Origin: Candidatus Eiseniibacteriota bacterium
Lineage (GTDB): Bacteria; Eisenbacteria; RBG-16-71-46
Reading direction: 5' to 3'
NCBI GenBank assembly: GCA_963717505.1
Contig: OY970342.1
Coordinates: forward strand, 4,032,001 to 4,096,000
Length of the DNA stretch: 64,000 nucleotides
Part shown: positions 22,257-31,107 of the stretch, in pieces
How the letters are laid out: every line of letters starts with the position of its first letter
Position numbering within the stretch: position 1 is the stretch's first letter
The notes under the pieces: model-generated
Databases searched by the model: none
What the model was told of the DNA's origin: nothing
Seen by the model: the letters and a program-made list of their open reading frames with translations, nothing else
Translations under genes and position numbers: made by a program

Positions 22257-22729
22257 CGGACCCTCATCGCCCGGCGCACGCGCGCCATCTGGATCGCCGC
22301 CAGCGCGACCTCGGACCCGCGGTTGCCGTGCGACCCGCCGGTGCGCGCGTCGGCCTGTGCGGCGTCGTGCACCGCGAGCACGGCGTTGAGCACCGGCACC
22401 CCGGTCTCGAGGGCCACGCGCATCAGGCCGTCGGTCGCGGCTTCGGCGACCAGCCGGAAGTGTTCGGTCTCGCCGCGAATCACGACCCCGAGCGCCACGA
22501 TCGCGTCGAAGCGTCCGGTCTGCGCCGCCCAGCGACACGCGAGCGGCAGCTCGAAGCCGCCCGGGACACGAATGATCTCGAGGTCCGACGGCGCCGCTCC
22601 GCGCTGGCGCAGGGTCTCGAGCGCAGCGGTCAGCATGCGCTGGACGTGCGCCTCGTTGAAGCGTGAAGCCACCAGACAGAACCGGTGGCCGCGCGCATCG
22701 TGATCTCCGACGATTTCGCGAACGGTCAC
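22253..22729 (-). CDS. ribH: 6,7-dimethyl-8-ribityllumazine synthase
   Basis: VASRFN; VPGGFELP; [13 protein letters not shown]; [14 protein letters not shown]. Confidence 0.95.
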   Translation of the reverse strand: MTVREIVGDHDARGHRFCLVASRFNEAHVQRMLTAALETLRQRGAAPSDLEIIRVPGGFELPLACRWAAQTGRFDAIVALGVVIRGETEHFRLVAEAATDGLMRVALETGVPVLNAVLAVHDAAQADARTGGSHGNRGSEVALAAIQMARVRRAMRVR

Positions 22730-24042
22730 GTCTCCCCCAGGTCCACGCCGAGCAGGTGGCCGAGCTTGTCGCGTTTGGTCGACAGGTAGCGCCGATTGTG
22801 CCGCCCCGCGGGAATGCGGATCGGCCGCCGCTTGCGGATCGACAGTCCGTAGGCGCCAAGCCCCACGATCTTGCGCGGGTTGTTGGTGAGCAGGTCGATG
22901 GTGCGGACCCCGAGGTCGGTCAGGATCTGGGCGCCGATGCCATAATCCCTCAAATCCGCCGGAAATCCGAGTTTCACATTGGCCTCGACCGTGTCGTAGC
23001 CGCGGTCCTGGAGCGCGTAGGCACGCAGCTTGTTCGCGAGCCCGATACCGCGGCCCTCCTGGCGAAGGTAGAGGAACACGCCGCCTTCTTTGGAGATCAT
23101 GCGGAGCGCAGCATGCATCTGGGGGCCGCAGTCGCAGCGCTCGGAGCCGAACACGTCCCCGGTCAGGCACTGGGAATGAACGCGCACCAACGTCGGCTGG
23201 GTTGGGCGAATGCGGCCGCTGACCAGCGCCACGTGGTGGTCGCCTTCGTGGACGCTCTCGTACAGATGGAGCTGGAACTTCCCGTAGGGCGTAGGCAGCG
23301 GCACCGTGACCACGCGCCGCACCAGCATCTCGCGGCGGCGGCGATGGGCGATCAGATCGCGGATCGCGAGGATGCCGAGTCCATGATGCCGCGCGAAGCG
23401 CTCGAGCTCGGGCAGGCGCATCATGCGACCGTCGTCGCTCAGGATCTCGCACAGGGCGCCGACCGGGCGCAGGCCCGCGAGCCGGCACAGATCCGGCACC
23501 GCCTCGGTGTGCCCGGCGCGGCGCAGCACGCCGCCCGGTACCGCGCGCAAGGGGAACACGTGGCCGGGCCGGTCGAGGTCTTCGCTCCGGGTCTTGGGCG
23601 AGGCGAGCGCCTTGAGCGTTCTCGTGCGGTCGAACACCGAAGTGCCGGTGGTGGTGCCGCGGCGCACGTCCACCGATTCGGTGAACGGCGTGCCGAACCG
23701 TGCGGTGTTGCGCGACACCATGAGGTTCAACTCGAGCCGGTCGGCGATTTCGGGCTCCATCGGCGCGCACAGGATGCCGCGGCCGTGCTTGACCGCGAAA
23801 TTGACCTGCGCCGGCGTCGCCTTCTCGGCGGCGAACACCACATCGCCCTCGTTCTCACGCTCGGCGTCGTCGACCACGATCAGCATCTTGCCGGCGCGAA
23901 TCCGGCGCACGCCTTCCTCGACGGTGACGAACGCGCCCGAGCGCCGAGGCGTCCGCAGAGGACCATTGCGGCTCGGACGGCGCGCCGCGCGACTACTCGT
24001 CCGACCGGCCGCGCGCACGCGGCGGCCACGGGTCGGGCTCAT
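22726..24042 (-). CDS. ribBA: Bifunctional DHBP synthase / GTP cyclohydrolase II
   Basis: [12 protein letters not shown]; RPGHVFPL; RAGHTEA; [21 protein letters not shown]; [11 protein letters not shown]; LLTNNPRK. Confidence 0.97.
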   Translation of the reverse strand: MSPTRGRRVRAAGRTSSRAARRPSRNGPLRTPRRSGAFVTVEEGVRRIRAGKMLIVVDDAERENEGDVVFAAEKATPAQVNFAVKHGRGILCAPMEPEIADRLELNLMVSRNTARFGTPFTESVDVRRGTTTGTSVFDRTRTLKALASPKTRSEDLDRPGHVFPLRAVPGGVLRRAGHTEAVPDLCRLAGLRPVGALCEILSDDGRMMRLPELERFARHHGLGILAIRDLIAHRRRREMLVRRVVTVPLPTPYGKFQLHLYESVHEGDHHVALVSGRIRPTQPTLVRVHSQCLTGDVFGSERCDCGPQMHAALRMISKEGGVFLYLRQEGRGIGLANKLRAYALQDRGYDTVEANVKLGFPADLRDYGIGAQILTDLGVRTIDLLTNNPRKIVGLGAYGLSIRKRRPIRIPAGRHNRRYLSTKRDKLGHLLGVDLGET

Positions 24043-24638
24043 GTCCGCCCTCCGCTCACGGCCATCAGGCGCGCGACGTAGCGCGCGACCAGATCGACCT
24101 CGAGGTTGACGCGCGTGCTCGCGCGATAGCCTCCGGCCACCGTCCGGTCCAGGGTGTGCGGAATCAACGCGACTTCGAACGATTCGCGGTCCGCGCGGGT
24201 GACAGTGAGACTCGTGCCGTCCACGGCAATCGATCCTTTCTCAGCGACGTAGGGCGCCAGACTTTCGGGCATCGTGAACGCGACCCGGCGCGACCCGCCT
24301 TCCTCGGTGATCGTGCGCACCGTGCCGACGCCGTCGACGTGACCCTGCACCAGGTGCCCGTCGAGGCGCCCGTCGAGGCGCATCGCCCGTTCCAGATTCA
24401 CGCGGTCCCCGGCCGAGAGGTCGCCCGCGGTCGAGCGCTCGAGGGTTTCGCTTACGACGTCGACCTCGAACCCAGCAGGAGTACTCGCGACGACCGTGAG
24501 GCAGCAGCCGTTGACCGCAACGCTGTCACCGACCGCCGGCGGGTGGGCGAACGACACCTCGACGCTCAGCCTGCGGCCCGCGGGCGTATCCTCGCGGCGG
24601 CCGACGCGGCCCACAGCTTCCACGATCCCGGTGAACAT
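24039..24638 (-). CDS. ribE: Riboflavin synthase (alpha chain)
   Basis: MFTGIVE N-terminus; [13 protein letters not shown]; VNLERAM; [10 protein letters not shown]; [13 protein letters not shown]. Confidence 0.97.
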   Translation of the reverse strand: MFTGIVEAVGRVGRREDTPAGRRLSVEVSFAHPPAVGDSVAVNGCCLTVVASTPAGFEVDVVSETLERSTAGDLSAGDRVNLERAMRLDGRLDGHLVQGHVDGVGTVRTITEEGGSRRVAFTMPESLAPYVAEKGSIAVDGTSLTVTRADRESFEVALIPHTLDRTVAGGYRASTRVNLEVDLVARYVARLMAVSGGRT

Positions 24639-24640
24639 GC

Positions 24641-25756
24641 TCAGCCCCCCGCGCCCGCGAATTCGACGACGATCATCGCGTCGTCGCCGGCGATGTCGGC
24701 CGCGACGATGCGCCCGGCGCGCGCCCGGGCGAGCGGCACTCCGGGCAGGTTGCGGCACCACGACAGACCATCGTCACCGATCACTCGCGCCGCGACGAAC
24801 AGCATCATGCGATCCACGCGCCCGGCCCGCATCCACGAGCCGCCGAGGTCGGGGCCCGACTCGAGCAGCACGTCGTGGCAGCCTTCCCGCGCCAGGCGAC
24901 TCGCCAGCGCTCGCGGCGACACGCCGCGGCGATCGGCGGGCAAGCGCCACACCTGCACTCCCCGGCGTTCGAGGGCTTCGGCGCGGGCTCTCGGCGCCCT
25001 CGGTCCACACGCGACCACCGTGCCACGCCCCAGGCCCCGGCCGAAGAGTCGCAGCGAAGTCGGCAGCGAGAGTCGCGTATCGCACACGACGCGCAGCGGT
25101 GCGACTCGGCCGCGCCCGACACCGCGCGCCGTGAGCCGCGGATCGTCGGCGCGCGCGGTGCCGGCGCCGATGACGATCGCGTCCATGCTGCTACGCAGGC
25201 GATGTACGCGCCGGCGCGCCACCGGCCCGGTGATCCAGCGCGAGCGGCCGGCCCGATCGGCGACCTTGCCGTCGAGTGTCGCCGCGAGCTTCCAGGTCAC
25301 GCGTGGCCGGCCCTCGGTGTGCGCGAGCCAGTAGGCGGCGAGCTGGGCGCGCGCTTCGGCTGCGAGCACCCCGGTTTCGACGCGCACGCCGGCGCGCGCG
25401 AGGGACCTCAGTCCGCGGCCATTCACGATCCGGTGCGGATCGCGCGTCGCGACCACGCAGCGGCGAATACCCGCGTGGACGATGGCATCGACGCACGGCG
25501 GTGTCCGGCCGTGATGCGCGCAGGGTTCGAGCGTCACGTAGAGCGTGGCGCCGCGCGCCCGCACCCCGGCCCGGCTCAGTGCCGCGACCTCGGCGTGGGG
25601 CGCCCCCGCGGCCCGGTGCCAACCCGAGCCGACGACGCGCCCGCCGCGCACAACGACCGCGCCGACCATCGGGTTCGGCCGGGTGCGCCCGCGCCCGCGC
25701 TCGGCCAGGCGCAGCGCCATGCGCATGAAGTGCTCGTCCTGTTCTCGTCGCGTCAA
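24641..25756 (-). CDS. ribD: Bifunctional deaminase/reductase RibD
   Basis: PNPMVGAVVV; HAEVAAL; TLEPCAHHGRTPPC; KLAATLDGK; WITG. Start TTG 25756, or an ATG slightly downstream. Confidence 0.95.
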   Translation of the reverse strand: MTRREQDEHFMRMALRLAERGRGRTRPNPMVGAVVVRGGRVVGSGWHRAAGAPHAEVAALSRAGVRARGATLYVTLEPCAHHGRTPPCVDAIVHAGIRRCVVATRDPHRIVNGRGLRSLARAGVRVETGVLAAEARAQLAAYWLAHTEGRPRVTWKLAATLDGKVADRAGRSRWITGPVARRRVHRLRSSMDAIVIGAGTARADDPRLTARGVGRGRVAPLRVVCDTRLSLPTSLRLFGRGLGRGTVVACGPRAPRARAEALERRGVQVWRLPADRRGVSPRALASRLAREGCHDVLLESGPDLGGSWMRAGRVDRMMLFVAARVIGDDGLSWCRNLPGVPLARARAGRIVAADIAGDDAMIVVEFAGAGG

Positions 25757-25817
25757 TCGGGTCTCGGCTCGGTGCGAGTGCGCGGCACGGGCCGACCGTC
25801 GGCTCCGCGCCGGGGCC

Positions 25818-25848
25818 AAGAAAAAAGCCCCGCGGATTCCCGCGGGGC
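25818..25848 (-). terminator. Intrinsic terminator, likely expression platform of the FMN riboswitch
   Basis: Minus strand GCCCCGCGG-GAAT-CCGCGGGGC-TTTTTTCTT: 9-bp GC stem plus U-tract, between the aptamer and ribD. Confidence 0.85.
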
Positions 25849-25890
25849 GAAATACGGCAGCGGCGGAACGCACCACGCGCCCGCGGCTTC

Positions 25891-26039
25891 CCCCTTCTTC
25901 CATCCCGACTGTAACGGTCGGCTCCGGAATCTCACCGGATCTGCGATCGGCCCCGCGCCGGGATGATCCGGCTGCGAACTGGGCCGCCCGCTCGCGGGCT
26001 CTACCGCCGGTGGGGACTTGTCACCCCGCCCCGAAGGAG
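25891..26039 (-). ncRNA. FMN riboswitch (RFN element)
   Basis: Minus strand CTTCGGGGCGGGGTGACAAGTCCCCACCGGCGGTAGAGCCCGCGAG...CAGATCCGGTGAGATTCCGGAGCCGACCGTTACAGTCGGGATG matches the RFN consensus; directly upstream of ribD. Confidence 0.95.
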
Positions 26040-26051
26040 TTCGAGCGAAGG

Positions 26052-26081
26052 AGGTTAGGGGCCGGGTAGGCGAGGTGTCAA
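26052..26081 (-). promoter_or_regulatory. Sigma70-type promoter of the riboswitch/rib operon
   Basis: TTGACA (26081-26076), 18-nt spacer, TAACCT (26057-26052), just upstream of the aptamer. Confidence 0.7.
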
Positions 26082-26109
26082 AGAGACCCCTCGGGGAAGC
26101 GAGAACCCG

Positions 26110-26700
26110 CTAGTAGTGGATCGCGAGCCGCGCGCTCGCCACCGTCCAGTCCTCTTCCTCGAGGAACAGGTGGCGCACTCCGATCTCGACACCGGCGCGC
26201 ACCGGTGGCCCGGGTTTGGGCATGAGCGTGACGTCGAACGCCAGGCCGGGCGCGATCTCCTCGACCGCAAGGCCGGTGAACGCGAGCCCTCCCCCTGACG
26301 TGGACAGTTCGGCGCGCGCAGCACCCAGCGTCGGCCCGAACGAGATGCGTGCGATCGGTCCGCGCCAGGCGGGCTCCAAGTGAGCCAAGAGCGTGGCTTC
26401 GAACATGCTGTAGTCCAGGTTGGCGACCGCGCTGCCCTCCTCGATCGTCTGGCTGCCCAGGAACGCGAAGCCGAGGTCGACCCCGATCCGCAGCTGCTTG
26501 CGCATCGGGTAGCTGAGCCCCGCGGTGAAGCTGATGTTGCCGCCGGGCGAACCGGGCAACGTGTCGGAGACGAACAGCGTCGAGAAGCCGATCGAGACGT
26601 GGCCGTCGAGCAGGTTCGCGAGTTCCGCACGCCCGGTACTCGCGCCCGCGACCGACGCCACCAGGACCGCGCCGATCAGCAATACGCGGGGGCTAGGCAT
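26110..26700 (-). CDS. Putative small outer-membrane beta-barrel protein
   Basis: Signal-peptide-like MPSPRVLLIGAVLVASVAGASTGRA; amphipathic beta strands; ends ARLAIHY (terminal aromatic). Overlaps the ychF stop. Confidence 0.6.
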   Translation of the reverse strand: MPSPRVLLIGAVLVASVAGASTGRAELANLLDGHVSIGFSTLFVSDTLPGSPGGNISFTAGLSYPMRKQLRIGVDLGFAFLGSQTIEEGSAVANLDYSMFEATLLAHLEPAWRGPIARISFGPTLGAARAELSTSGGGLAFTGLAVEEIAPGLAFDVTLMPKPGPPVRAGVEIGVRHLFLEEEDWTVASARLAIHY

Positions 26701-27718
26701 TGAAGCGAATCTCCATGCAGTCGCCATCCTTCACACGATACTCCTTGCCTTCGAGCCTCAGGGCCCCGGCGGCGCGGGCCGCGGGTGTCCCCCCGAGCGT
26801 CACCAGGCGCTCCCACTCGACCACTTCCGCGCGAATGAACCCGCGCGCCAGGTCCGAGTGGATCTCCCCCGCGGCATCCACGGCGCTCTCGCCGTCACGG
26901 ATCGTCCACGCGCGCACTTCGTCGGGTCCGACCGTGAAGAACGAAATGAGCCCCAGACGCTCGTAGCACGCGCGAATCAGGAGCGTCAGGCCGTCCTCCT
27001 CGATGCCCAGCTCGGCGCGAAACGCCGGGCGCTCGGCCGGCGGCAGCGCTACGATCTCGCGCTCGAGGTGGGCGCGCAACGTCACCGCCGCGACTCCCGG
27101 AGGCGGCGCCGGCGTGGCCACCGGCCCGTCGCCCACGTTGTACACCGCCAGCAGCGGTTTGAGCGAGAGCATCTGGAATCCGCGCAGGATCTTGGTCTGC
27201 TCGGCATCGAACGACTCGCCGCGCAACGGCCGCTCGGCCTCGAGCGCTTCGCGGCAGCGAGCCAGCAGCGTGTGCTCGCGCTCGCCCTGCTTCTTGCCGA
27301 CCTTGAGCTCCTTGGCGATCCGCTCCATTCGATTCTCGACGATCCCGAGGTCGTTCAGGATCAGGTCGGCGGTGACCGAGCGCAGGTCGCGGTCGGGATC
27401 GGGCGGGCCGGTCGCCAAAGGGCTCTCGAAAGCGCGGACCACGACCATCAGCATGTCGCAGTTACGCACGCTGGCGAACGGGTCGGTGCCGCGGGCGCGT
27501 CCGGACGCGGCCCCGGCGCTGTCGACGAACTGAATCTGCGTGTGCGTGGTCTTCTTCGGCTGGTAGAGCTGCGACAGCCGGTCGACGCGGTCGTCGGGCA
27601 CCCGCACCATGCCGACCTGGTCGCGCGCGCCGGGAGCGACGGCGGCACCCTGCATGAGGATCTCGAAGACCGTGGTCTTGCCCGCCCCGGGCAGACCAAT
27701 GATGCCCACCTGCTTCAA
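26693..27718 (-). CDS. ychF: YchF-family ATPase/GTPase with C-terminal TGS domain
   Basis: GLPGAGKTT; VPDDRVDRLSQLYQPKKTT; LISFFTVGPDEVRAWT; AAGEIHSDLARGFIRAEV; RLEGKEYRVKDGD. Confidence 0.92.
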   Translation of the reverse strand: MKQVGIIGLPGAGKTTVFEILMQGAAVAPGARDQVGMVRVPDDRVDRLSQLYQPKKTTHTQIQFVDSAGAASGRARGTDPFASVRNCDMLMVVVRAFESPLATGPPDPDRDLRSVTADLILNDLGIVENRMERIAKELKVGKKQGEREHTLLARCREALEAERPLRGESFDAEQTKILRGFQMLSLKPLLAVYNVGDGPVATPAPPPGVAAVTLRAHLEREIVALPPAERPAFRAELGIEEDGLTLLIRACYERLGLISFFTVGPDEVRAWTIRDGESAVDAAGEIHSDLARGFIRAEVVEWERLVTLGGTPAARAAGALRLEGKEYRVKDGDCMEIRFNA

Positions 27719-27811
27719 CCGCGCTCCCCCCGAACATGCGATCGCCCGCAGAGGTTGTCTCTGCGGGCGACGTCGATTCGCACCGAGTCTAGGATCGGCG
27801 CTCGCGCGGTG

Positions 27812-28048
27812 TCAATCCTTCCGGCCGTACTCCCGAGCCAGCGCCGCCTGAAGCTGGCTGCTGACCTTTACCGGCATGGCTACGGGCTCTCCGGCCTGAT
27901 ACAGCATGATCGTCTTGCGCACCGTGTCCACTTGGATCCGGCAGTCACGACACCGGTCGAGATGTTCCTCGATTGTTCGGCACAGATCCTCGCGCGCGTC
28001 CTCGTCGAGGAAATCCGCCAGCTGTTCGAGCACTTCGCTGCATTCCAC
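27812..28048 (-). CDS. zf-HC2 (ZAS, anti-sigma-type zinc finger) small protein
   Basis: CSEVLEQLADFLD...IEEHLDRCRDC (HxxxCxxC). Confidence 0.8.
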   Translation of the reverse strand: MECSEVLEQLADFLDEDAREDLCRTIEEHLDRCRDCRIQVDTVRKTIMLYQAGEPVAMPVKVSSQLQAALAREYGRKD

Positions 28049-28274
28049 CGTCAGGGCACTCCGGTTTGCGACCGGGGGGAGTCTAGTGCAGCCACGTTCA
28101 CAACGATCCCCACCGGCAGTCGGAGCCAAAAAGCACCCCGGGCGGGATCGAGCCGCCGGACTGCGGTTTTTCCGGCGTCCAGGGCTCTCAGATGCCGGGA
28201 CCCTCGTGGCAGATTTACAACGAGTTGACTGCCCCCCAAGATTTTTCCCATTCGGAGCCCCTGCGGGGGGTGGC

Positions 28275-28350
28275 TGGTGACCCGTGCTGGGATCGAACCA
28301 GCGACACCCTGCTTAAAAGGCAGGTGCTCTACCGACTGAGCTAACGGGTC
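28275..28350 (-). tRNA. tRNA-Lys (UUU)
   Basis: GACCCGTTAGCTCAGTCGGTAGAGCACCTGCCTTTTAAGCAGGGTGTCGCTGGTTCGATCCCAGCACGGGTCACCA: 76 nt, anticodon TTT, encoded CCA. Confidence 0.97.
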
Positions 28351-28429
28351 ACCTTGCACATTCGGGCAAACAACGATCGGCGTTGCGGAACGCCAGAACC
28401 AAGGGGCCGGGTCTTCTTCCGGGTCGTCA

Positions 28430-29695
28430 TCAACGGTGGATCTCGGCATCTCGCTCGGCCCCGACTGAAACCCTCGTGATCCTAACCCCCACCTCGCGTT
28501 CCACCCACTCGAGGTAGTTGCGGGCCGGTTCGGGAAGGTCACCCCACGTGCGAACGGCTCGGGTCGAGGTCCGCCAACCGGCAAACGTACGCCAGACCGG
28601 GGCGCAGAGCTCCAGTTCGTTTGCACGGGCTGGAAACGATTTTAGGATGCGACCGTCTCGGTCGTAGTGCTCGACCGCGCGGATCTCGTCGAACTCGTCG
28701 AGGACGTCGAGCTTGGTCACCACCAACTCATCGAGCCCGTTGATGCGCGCGGCATAGCGCAGCGCCGGGACGTCGAGCCAACCGCAACGACGCGGCCGTC
28801 CGGTGGTCGCGCCATACTCCTCCCCGGCCTCGCGCAGACGAGCCGCCTCGGCCTCCGGCATTTCGCTCGGAAACGGTCCGTTGCCGACGCGCGTCGCGTA
28901 CGCCTTGCTCACACCGATCACTCGATCGACCGCGGTCGGGCCGATGCCGACCCCGAGCGGCCCCCCCGCGGCACTCGCCGGCGACGAAGTCACGAACGGA
29001 TAGGTGCCGTGGTCGAGGTCGAGCAGCGTCCCCTGGGCGCCTTCGAGCAGCACGTTGCGTCCGGAGACCAAGGCCTGGTGGATCTCCTCCGACACGTCGC
29101 ACAGCATCGGCTCGATCCACTTCGCATGCGGCTCCAGCTCGCGATGGACCGACTCGCCGCTGAGCGCCGACAGTTCGGCGGTGGGAAACTCGCGGCGCAG
29201 GCGCGCGAGATTCCGGTCGACGGCGGCCACGAACGCGGCCCGATCGAAGAGATCCGCGAGGCGCAAGCCGACTCGTGCCGCCTTGTCGCGATAGGCGTAG
29301 CCGATCCCGCGCCCGGTGGTGCCGATCGCACCCGGTTCGCTTTCCGAGGTGGCTTCGACGGCGCGGTGGTGCGGCAGGATCAGATGCGCCGAGGGACTGA
29401 CACCGAGCCGACCGCGAATGTCGACGCCGCGCGCTTCGAGTCGTTCGACTTCTTCGCGCAGCCGGGCCAGATCGATGACCACGCCGTTCCCGATCAGGTT
29501 TCGGGTGCCCGCGTGGAGAATCCCGGAGGGAACGAGGTGGAGGACGATGGTCTCGCCCCGCCAGATGACGCTGTGGCCGGCGTTCGGGCCCCCCTGGTAG
29601 CGGGCCACGATGTCCGACTTCGCCGACAACGAGTCGACGATCTTGCCCTTGCCCTCGTCACCCCATTGGGCGCCGACCACGACCGTGCACGGCAC
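28430..29695 (-). CDS. purA: Adenylosuccinate synthetase
   Basis: GAQWGDEGKGK; RYQGGPNAGH; IGTTGRGIG; EGAQGTLLDLDHGTYPFVTSS; EYGATTGRPRRCGWLD; TKLDVL. Confidence 0.97.
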   Translation of the reverse strand: MPCTVVVGAQWGDEGKGKIVDSLSAKSDIVARYQGGPNAGHSVIWRGETIVLHLVPSGILHAGTRNLIGNGVVIDLARLREEVERLEARGVDIRGRLGVSPSAHLILPHHRAVEATSESEPGAIGTTGRGIGYAYRDKAARVGLRLADLFDRAAFVAAVDRNLARLRREFPTAELSALSGESVHRELEPHAKWIEPMLCDVSEEIHQALVSGRNVLLEGAQGTLLDLDHGTYPFVTSSPASAAGGPLGVGIGPTAVDRVIGVSKAYATRVGNGPFPSEMPEAEAARLREAGEEYGATTGRPRRCGWLDVPALRYAARINGLDELVVTKLDVLDEFDEIRAVEHYDRDGRILKSFPARANELELCAPVWRTFAGWRTSTRAVRTWGDLPEPARNYLEWVEREVGVRITRVSVGAERDAEIHR

Positions 29696-29729
29696 GAAGG
29701 TTCCCTCCCGCGATGTAAAAAGACGCGGG

Positions 29730-29758
29730 ACGCTATCAGATGGGGTCAGGGGGGGCAA
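29730..29758 (-). promoter_or_regulatory. Putative sigma70-type promoter of purA
   Basis: TTGCCC, 17-nt spacer, TAGCGT, with TG at the extended -10 position; GGGAGG ribosome-binding site before the GTG. Confidence 0.5.
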
Positions 29759-30003
29759 AAAGCGATCGCCATAACCGCACGAGCCCGGGGTCACCCCCGG
29801 GCCCGCTTGGGTCTTGGAAGCCCGCGGAAATCCGCGGACCGGCTTCGGTACGCAGCCACGCCTTGCGGCGCAACTTCGCCCGTGGTGCAAGGTCTCGTCG
29901 GTGGCGAGACCTCGCTGAGCCCGCTTCGGCGGCCGAACCTTGGGTCCGGTTCGCTTTCATCGGACACGAGTGATTTACCCGTGTCGTTGGGCTGGAGTTC
30001 CCA

Positions 30004-30106
30004 CGAGGTGCCCATTGTTCCAATGGGCACCTCGAGAAAGGGGTCGAGATAAGAATTGGTGCCCCTTCCAATGGGCACCTCGAGAAAAGAGGTCGAGACA
30101 AATATT
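30004..30106. repeat. Two tandem ~50-bp imperfect direct repeats, each palindromic
   Basis: GGTGCCCATTGTTCCAATGGGCACCTCGAGAAAGGGGTCGAGATAAGAATT and GGTGCCCCTTCCAATGGGCACCTCGAGAAAAGAGGTCGAGACAAATATT. A perfect 14-bp inverted repeat lies at 30004-30017/30021-30034. Confidence 0.9.
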
Positions 30107-30161
30107 TTGGAACCTGGGGCGAATTGCGTGGTACGCGGAGCCCCCGGCAGGCGCGTCGCGC

Positions 30162-31076
30162 CTATCGTCCGGCCAACAACTCGCTCACCCGGGCGGCGAC
30201 TTCGACCCCGGCGCGATCCTGCGCCTCGCGCGTTGCCGCACCCAGATGCGGCGTGGCAACGACATTGGCAAGACCGAGCAACGGACTCGCCCCGGGCGGT
30301 TCGGTGGCGAACACGTCGAGAGCGGCGCCGCGCAGTCGCCCGGTCGCCAGGGCATCGGCGAGTGCGGCTTCGTCGACGATGCCGCCGCGCGCCGCCTGAA
30401 TCAGCACGCCCTCGGGCTTCATGAGTCCCAGCGAGGCGGCGCCGATCAAGCCCCGGGTCTCGGGCGTCAGCGGCAGGTGGAGCGAAACGTAGTCGCATGC
30501 CGGCAGCAGCTCGTCGAGCTTGCACGATCGCACCCAGCCGAACTCGACGGGCCAGTCGACGACCAGCGGATCGCACGCCCAGACGTCCATCTCGAACGCG
30601 CGCGCACGCAGCGCCACCGCACGACCGATCGAGCCGAATCCGACCAACCCGAGCCGCTTGCCGGCGATCTCGCGGCCCGCGTACTTGGACTTTTCCCAGC
30701 GCCCCTGACGTAGATCGGCGCACGCCGGTCCGATGTGGCGTTCGAGCGCGAGGATCAGCGCGAACACCAGCTCGGCGACCGAGATCGTGTTCGCCGCCGG
30801 CGCGTTGACCACCGCGATGCCGAGACGCTTCGCTTCCTCGACGTCGACATTGTCGAGTCCGGTGCCGGCCCGCGCCACCACTTTGAGGCCGCGCGCGCCG
30901 CGCAGGACCTCGCCGGTCACCTTGGTGGCGCCACGAACGATGAGGCCGGCGCAGCCGTCGAGTGCGGCCACCAGGGCCTCGCCCTGCAGCCCTTTGTGTT
31001 CGACGACCTGGTGCCCGGCGGCGCGCAGCCGATCGAGTGCCGCGGGCGCCAGCGACTCGGCGACCAGGACCTTCAT
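30162..31076 (-). CDS. serA: D-3-phosphoglycerate dehydrogenase-like D-2-hydroxyacid dehydrogenase (short form, no ACT domain)
   Basis: ARAGTGLDNVD; NAPAANTISVAEL; LGLVGFGSIG; ARGGIVDE; ALDVF; TPHLGAATREAQ. Confidence 0.85.
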   Translation of the reverse strand: MKVLVAESLAPAALDRLRAAGHQVVEHKGLQGEALVAALDGCAGLIVRGATKVTGEVLRGARGLKVVARAGTGLDNVDVEEAKRLGIAVVNAPAANTISVAELVFALILALERHIGPACADLRQGRWEKSKYAGREIAGKRLGLVGFGSIGRAVALRARAFEMDVWACDPLVVDWPVEFGWVRSCKLDELLPACDYVSLHLPLTPETRGLIGAASLGLMKPEGVLIQAARGGIVDEAALADALATGRLRGAALDVFATEPPGASPLLGLANVVATPHLGAATREAQDRAGVEVAARVSELLAGR

Positions 31077-31107
31077 GCGCGTGGGTGCGGCCGGCGTCTC
31101 GAAAGGG

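Noticed and set aside
28200-28350. Integrative element at tRNA-Lys or tRNA-Leu
   Set aside because: No integrase and no duplicated tRNA 3' end was noticed; both tRNAs are flanked by core genes.
29930-29990. Possible hammerhead ribozyme (CCGATGAAAG between two stems, minus strand)
   Set aside because: The core differs from CUGAnGA and no correctly placed GAAA and NUH elements could be assembled.
30007-30034. Possible dif site (GGTGCCCATTG resembles the XerC arm GGTGCGCATAA)
   Set aside because: No XerD arm (TTATGTTAAAT-like) and a 3-nt rather than 6-nt spacer.
30004-30106. Possible mini CRISPR array
   Set aside because: Only two units, the sequence between the palindromes is itself repeated rather than a unique spacer, and no cas genes are present.
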